64,000 bases of DNA, from contig OZ251236.1 in the NCBI GenBank assembly GCA_965240325.2, positions 1,054,001 through 1,118,000 on the forward strand, read 5' to 3'. Within the stretch, counting starts at the first letter, position 1. Each line of letters starts with the position of its first letter. Source of the stretch: Rebecca billardiae RCC1528. Its lineage: Eukaryota > Protista > Haptophyta. Below are positions 57,974 to 64,000 of the stretch, piece by piece. A model generated the notes under the pieces. That model was not told where the DNA came from. It searched no databases and saw only the letters and a program-made list of their open reading frames with translations. A program made the position numbers and the translations under genes.

Positions 57974-59566
57974 ATGACGATGAGCGTGTCGGCAGCGCGC
58001 CGCCTGGCGCTCGTGGCGGCGCTCGCGCTGCTCGCGCCGGCCGGGGCGCGGCGGCCTGCCCTCGCATCGCGCGCTGAGCGCGCGGCAGAGCGCCCGCCGG
58101 CGCCGCCGTCCAGCCGGCTGCCGCGATTAGGCCTCGCGAGGCGGCTGTGGGGCGAGCGCAGGCGCGGCGCGGCGCCGTCCAGCGCCGACGCGGCCGACGT
58201 GGCGCCGCCGACGCGGGCGAGCGAGTGGTCGCTCCGCGCGGCGGCGTTCCTGCTCATCCTCTCCCTCGGCGTGGTCTCGCTCGCGCCCGCGCCCGCGCTG
58301 ATCGCGCGGCTTGGCACGGAGCCGGCGATGACGCGGCTGCAGTGGCTCTCCGCCACCTCCGCCGTCACCGAGATCGGGCTGACGCCGCTCGTGGGCGCGC
58401 TGGTGGACGACGTGGGCCGGAAGCCGATCCTGATGCTCACCCTCCTCTCCGTCGCGCTGATCAACGGCGCCGTCGCCGCCTCGCCCGTCACGCCGCTCGT
58501 GTGCGCGTCCAAGTTTTGGAACGCGCTCGTGATCGGTCTTTTCTTCCTCACGGCGCAGGCGACGCTCGCGGACATGTACCGCGCGCACCCGCGCGCGCTC
58601 GCGGCGGCGTCGGGCGTGATCTTCGCGCTGGTCAACGGCGGCTTCGCCGCGGGCGTGCAGCTCTCCGCCGCGCTGCCCAAGGGCCTGCACGCGCCGTACG
58701 CGGTCTCGGCGCTCGCGGCGGCGTGCGCGCTGCTCATCGTGAGCCGCGGCACGCTCGAGACGATGCCGCCGTCGGAGCGCAAGGTGTTCCGCGCGCGCAA
58801 GGCGCTCGCCTCGCCGCTCTCGTGCCTGCTCCTCTTCCGCACCTCGCCCAAGCTCTCCGCGCTCTCCGCCCTCGTCGTGCTCCAGCTGCTCCCCCTCTTC
58901 ATGGGCGACGTGCTGCAGGTGCACGCGCTCGAGGTCTGGAGCCTGCGCCCGACGGAGGTTGTCTTCTTCTTCTCCATCCTCGGCGCGTCGGGCGTGCTGG
59001 CGAACACGGCGGGCGGGCACCTGGTGCGCCGGCTGGGGATCCGCGGGTTCACCGTCATCGCCACCGTCTCGCACCTCCTCTTCTGGGCGGGCATGTGCAC
59101 GTCGCACCGCGCGGCCGTCGCGCTCTCGGTGGTTGGCGCGCTCGGCGCCGCGCGCTCGCTCGGCGTGTCCACGCTCATCACGGCGGAGGGCACGCGCGCG
59201 GGGCGGCCGCAGGGCGAGCTGTCGGGCGCGCGGGCGAACCTGATCGCCGTGCTCAAGGTGATCGGCCCGGTGCTCTACTCGCAGCTCTTCGTCCGCGGCC
59301 GCGCGCTCGGCGCCGCGCAGCTGCCCTTCACGTTCAACGTGGCGCTGATGGTGGCCGCGCTCGCGCTCGCGCACACCGTCCTTTCTGACGAGTCGGGCGC
59401 GGCGGGCGGCGCGGCGGAGGGCGGCGCGCTCGCCGCGATGGGGATGGCGCCGGGGGGCGAGGGCGGGGGCGATGCCAAGGCCGCCGCGCGCCGCCGCCGC
59501 GCCGAGCCGAGGTCGCGCGCGGTGCGGGCAGCGAGCGCGCACGCCACGGCGGCGCGCGCCCCCTAG
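57974..59566 (+). CDS. MFS transporter (TetA/MFSD14-like) with a signal plus transit-like presequence
   Basis: Motif A GALVDDVGRKPIL, AQATLADMY, QGELSGA..VIGP and about 12 hydrophobic segments. A signal-peptide-like RRLALVAALALLAPAGA suggests a start at 57974 or 57980 rather than 57110. Confidence 0.85.
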   Translation: MTMSVSAARRLALVAALALLAPAGARRPALASRAERAAERPPAPPSSRLPRLGLARRLWGERRRGAAPSSADAADVAPPTRASEWSLRAAAFLLILSLGVVSLAPAPALIARLGTEPAMTRLQWLSATSAVTEIGLTPLVGALVDDVGRKPILMLTLLSVALINGAVAASPVTPLVCASKFWNALVIGLFFLTAQATLADMYRAHPRALAAASGVIFALVNGGFAAGVQLSAALPKGLHAPYAVSALAAACALLIVSRGTLETMPPSERKVFRARKALASPLSCLLLFRTSPKLSALSALVVLQLLPLFMGDVLQVHALEVWSLRPTEVVFFFSILGASGVLANTAGGHLVRRLGIRGFTVIATVSHLLFWAGMCTSHRAAVALSVVGALGAARSLGVSTLITAEGTRAGRPQGELSGARANLIAVLKVIGPVLYSQLFVRGRALGAAQLPFTFNVALMVAALALAHTVLSDESGAAGGAAEGGALAAMGMAPGGEGGGDAKAAARRRRAEPRSRAVRAASAHATAARAP

Positions 59567-60598
59567 GCTCATGGCAGCGCGAGCACTTATTGGTCCATTC
59601 GACAGATCCAGACCAACCAACAGGCTCTCATGCTGATCGACTGCTGGTGCGGATGAGCGCGCAGGACAAGCCGCCGTGGGTCGTCCGCTAAGGCCACGCC
59701 GGGATCGTCGCTGATGTCTGGCTGTCTGCGGCTACTGCTGGCCCGCCCGACGAGCCCGCGCGAACTCAATAGTCAATAATTTCGTCAGCAAACTGCAAAG
59801 TCGTCAAACTGCAGCAATCATCACTAAGCTATATATATATCGCCGGCGGGCTGGGCTGCGACATCGACTACCACCTCATCTGCTTCATCGCCCAGAGCGC
59901 GCTAGGCGGCGCGCTCACTCTCCAAGCCCCTCTTCTGCAGCTGCGCGCCGCTTGGCCGGCGCGCGGCGACGCGTACTACGACCTCATCCTCATCCAGGCG
60001 CCCACGCGGGCGCACGGGGGCGACAGCCGCGGCTGCCGCTTGCCGGAGCTGCTCGCCGCTAGGTCGGCGGGCGGCGACATCGACTACGACCTCACCCTCA
60101 TCCAAGTGCTCCGGAAGGCGCTCGGCCGCGGCGGCATCTGCCGTCGCCGCCGCGTGCCCCAGGCCGAGGCGGTGCTCCATCCCGGCCCCGCTCCCGTAGG
60201 GGGGCAGGGCTGCGGGTGGCGCACTGTCTGACCTGGACGGAAGGCGGGGACGCATTCTATGTGTCTGTTGCACTCTGAGCCTGACGCTTGTCCGATGCTG
60301 CCACGCGTCGTTAAATATATATATATATTATTGCGCGCATCAGGAATAATCACAATGATATGGCGGCGTCATAGGAGTGGCGTACTCTGATGATTGATGC
60401 GTCGAGTATAGCAGCTGCTTACATACGACACCGACATTCGACTCGCGCGTGCGAATTTAAGATATATATATCTTTGGCGATGAATAATAAGCAAGCCCCC
60501 GCGAGCCCCGCCGGCTCGGACAGTGACACTGGACCGCGACGATGACGATCGACAAGTGCGCTACTGCAGACGCGCATGGGCAGTCGTCGTGCCGGCCA

Positions 60599-63500
60599 TC
60601 AGCACCGATTGCGGCTGCTGCCGCCCGCCGCCGCCGCCGCCGCCGAGCCGGCGCGTTGGCGCGCGATCGCGCTCATCACGCTGGTGATCTTGGCGGGGCG
60701 CGCGGCCGCATCGCCCGCGCGCAGCACGACGGCCGCGTCCTCCGCACCGTTGGCGCCGATCGCGCGCGCCGGCCAGGTCTGGCCCTTGGCGCCGCCGCCG
60801 CCGGCGGGGGGCGTGACGGTGGCGGGCGCGCCGACGACGGTGGCGGCGTCCGAGAGCGTGGCGGCCGAGACGTCCACGCCGCCCACAGGCGCACGCGCCG
60901 CCGCCGCCGGCCCCGCGCCGCTGCTCCGCTCGGCGGCGCGCGCCTCGGCCTCGGCGCCGGCCTCCGCCGCCGCGCCGGCCGCCAGCGCGCTCCGCACCCG
61001 GGGCAGGTACGCGCGCACCACCTCGTTGAAGTGCGCGACGTTGCTCAGCTCGACGAAGCGGAGCAGCGCGGAGGGCACGCGCGCGCCCGGCCCGTCGACG
61101 GTGTACCCACTTGAGTAAGACGAGTACATCGAGTGGTACGTGTCCACCGCCGTCACCACGTCGGCGCGCGCGCTCGCGCCTCCGCCGAGCAGGACGGCGT
61201 CTGCGGCGTCGACCGAGCCGCCGACGACGCGCCACGCGTACAGCGCGACGGCGTGCTGCAGCGTCTCGAAGAGCGCCGGGCTGCACAGCAGCACGAGGCG
61301 GCGGCACCGGCCCAGCCGCGCGGGCAGCTGCGCGAGCTGCTCGGACGCTGAGAGCCCCGGGTCCTCGCACATGTCGTCGAGCCACACGCGCGGCACGCGC
61401 GCGTGCTGCGCCTCAAACGCGGCCGCCCACGCGCACAGCGCGCGCGCGCGCGCGCCCACGTCGTCCGACGCGGCGTGCAGCACGTACGCGTCCGCCCACG
61501 GCGCGGCGTCCGCGGCGGCGCGCGCGAGGCCGCCGAGAGGCGCCGCACCGCCGCTTGGCCGGAGACTGCCGCCCGCGCGCCGCGCCTCCCAGCCGAGATG
61601 GCGCGCGGCCTTGGGCGAGGGCGGCGGCGGCGGCGGCGCGCTCGTGCGCGAGCGGCGGCGCAGCCGTAGCTCGCCGCCGCCGCCGCCGCCGCCCCCGCCG
61701 CCGCCCGCCGAGCCGAGCGGCCCGGCCGCGCCGCCGAGCCGGCGGCGCACGAAGGAGCCGCGAGGCGAGGCGACGCTCGCCAACGGGTGCGCGTGCTGCG
61801 AGGCGGCGTGGACGAGCTCGGCGCGCTCGGCGGCGCCCAGGGGCTCCGCGTGGAAGAGGGCCAGGGAGTCTCGCACCACGTGCCGCGCGCGCCGCGCGCT
61901 CGTCGCGCCGCCCTCGCCGAGCAGCACGGCGAGCGGCGCGAGCCCCGAGTTCTGCGCGTCGGGCGCGCAGAGGCGGAGACGCATCAGCAGCAGCAGCGCG
62001 TGCTCCCGCGTCGAGCGCGGCGAGCGCCAGAGCAGCGAGGCGGCGGTGGCGAGCTGCACGGCAGCGAGCAGCAGCTGCACGCCGAGCACCGGCCCCAGCC
62101 TCACCTGCACCGTGCAGCAGCGGAGCGCCGTGATCAGGTTGAGCGTGCCGGCGAGCAGCGCGCGGGCCCCAAACACGCGCCACACCGTGCCCAGCAGCCG
62201 ATGCAGCTCGCGCGAGCGCGCCGGGCCGAGCAGCACGCCGCCCAAGACGCAGACGGCGTGCACCGAGCACGCGCAGGTGCACAGGTACGTGGCGCCGACG
62301 GCGCGCGTGAGCCCCACGTGCGCGCGCGCGGCGGGGCACATGTCGACGAGCGCGGCGCCCGCGGGCGCGGGCCTCAGCTCGGTGAGTACCAGCCCTGGGC
62401 GCAGGGTGCCGTATGCCGTCGTCGCCGAGATGGTGAGCAGGGCGAGCGCGAGCGCGAGGATGGGCGGGCGGTGGCGGCGGATCGGGAGCAGCGCGACGCC
62501 CGCGCACGCAAAGGCGATGTTGAGCGCGAGCGCGGAGAGCGGGCGCACGAGCCACAGCCACGGCGGCGGCGGCCCCGCCTTGGAGCCCAGGTTGAGCCGC
62601 AGCCCGAGCGAGCCGAGCCACAGCGCGTACGCAAGAACAGACAACAGACCGAGCAGCCGGGTCGGCGTGGCGAACGCCGAGTGCGCCGAGTCGATGGCGC
62701 ACTCGCAGAGCTGCTCGATGGCGCGCGGGTGGAGCAGCTGCGCGCTGCCGGCCTCGGCGCGCGCCGCGGCCGCCGCGGCCGCCGAGTCGCACCGCGCGGG
62801 CTCGCCGCCGCCGGCCGCGTCCGCGGCGGGCGGCCGCGGCGACTTGGCGGAGAGGGTCCGCCCGCTGCCGTCTCCGTTGCAGCTGAGCGCGCCGCCGGGC
62901 ACTGGGAGCGCCGTGTGCGCGCCGAGCGCATACGAGTCGCGCGCCGGGCGGTGCGCGGGCGGCGTCGCGCTGTGCGCGAGCCGATCGCGCACCTGCCGCC
63001 GCACGTCCGGGCTGCCGGGCGCGCCGCCGTCGGCCGCCGCGCCCACGCCCTCGCTGCCCGTCGTCGCGAGCACGACCGCGTGGTACGTCTCGCGCAGCAG
63101 CTCGAGCACCGGCTGGGGCGGGAGCGCGTGCTCGGCGCTGAGGAGCAGCAGGTGCGGCACGGGGCGCCCGCCGCCGCGCGCGCCGCGCGCGGTGGGGCGC
63201 ACGCTCACCAGCGCGTCGGGCGAGTGCAGCAGGTGCGCGGTGTGCGGCAGCGCAGCCATCAGCGCGACCACTGCGCGCGCGGCGCGGCGGAGGGCGGCGG
63301 CGACGTGAGCGCGCGCGGGTGCGCTGGCGGGCGGGCGCGCCTGCGCGCGGTGCGGCGCGGTGCGGCGGCGTGCGCTGGCGCGCAGTCGCCCGCGCAGCCG
63401 TGCGGTGCGGCGCGCGCACCGTCGTACGGCTTGACGTAGCCGTTGAGGTGCTGCGCGATGTGCGCGCTCTGGTCGAGGTCCTCGTACGCGCAGACGTCAA

Positions 63501-64000
63501 ACTCGGCGCGCTCGACGCCGCAGAAGGTCTCGAAGTACCACTGCTTGGTGCAGCGCGGCGGGAGGCGGCCCTCGCACAGCTTGAGCCACAGCCCCTCCAG
63601 CCCGAGGAACTGCGCGTCCGCCAGGTACCGCATGATCGGGCACTTGAAGCGCAGCGCGAACGAGCGCGCAAGCTGCATCGGCAGCATCGGGATCGCGTGC
63701 CGCGAGACGACCGTCATCGGGATGCCGCGCGAGAAGCAGAAGCGGTACACCGCGTCCGCGGCGGGCGGGTCGTAGCCGCAGTTGACCGAGCTGTCCGCCC
63801 GGTACGCGCCCGGCGCGGACGCGTCCGCCTCCAGCCCGCCCTGCACGCACACGCGCGCCACCTTGGCGCACACGAGCGCCGGCTCGTCGTGGATCACGTC
63901 GGCGAGATCGGTGAAGCCCGAGATGATGACGACGGTGAGCCCGTGGTGCGGCGCGGCGCGGAGGACGCGGCGCAGCAGCGCCGAGCCCTCGTGCAGCCGG
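60599..64000 (-). CDS. HopQ1/XopQ-like nucleoside-hydrolase-fold domain, multi-TM region and degenerate TIR-like domain; 5' end outside the window
   Basis: Exon 64000-63420 reads LTVVIISGFTDLA, VCVQGG, NCGYDPPAADAVY, GIPMTVVSRHA, YLADAQFLGLEGLW, WYFETFC. Intron 63419-63271 (GT-AG) gives KPYDV-VALMAALP. Hydrophobic segments lie at ~62660-62030 and the TIR-like segment at ~61500-61000. Confidence 0.75.

Overview
This is a very GC-rich eukaryotic window, not a prokaryotic one. It has GC-rich GT-AG introns plus BRF1, MCM9, EAPP and a cyclin. The composition suggests an algal or protist genome such as a haptophyte (inference only). About 17 protein genes can be supported: a class-V PLP aminotransferase, a toxin-type deaminase, a NodZ-like fucosyltransferase, a sulfotransferase, BRF1, a GAF-CLC-CBS transporter, a PAN-domain protein, a cyclin, a WD40-TRP channel, EAPP, MCM9, a truncated PAS-kinase, a 33-34-aa repeat protein, a methyltransferase, a Gfo/Idh/MocA oxidoreductase, an MFS transporter and a HopQ1/XopQ-like fusion. 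Non-autonomous mobile DNA lies between them: a hairpin-ended tandem array and a TIR element nested in (TA)n, two related ~1.1-kb foldbacks, and Tc1/mariner-like ends. The strongest candidates for new biology are: (1) a UDG-fold-like domain fused to TALE-like 33-34-aa repeats with a variable loop (48593-50314); (2) a HopQ1/XopQ-like domain fused to a multi-TM region and a degenerate TIR-like domain (60599-64000); (3) a polymorphic-toxin-type deaminase (1568-2971). All family assignments come from motif recognition by eye; no database search was run.
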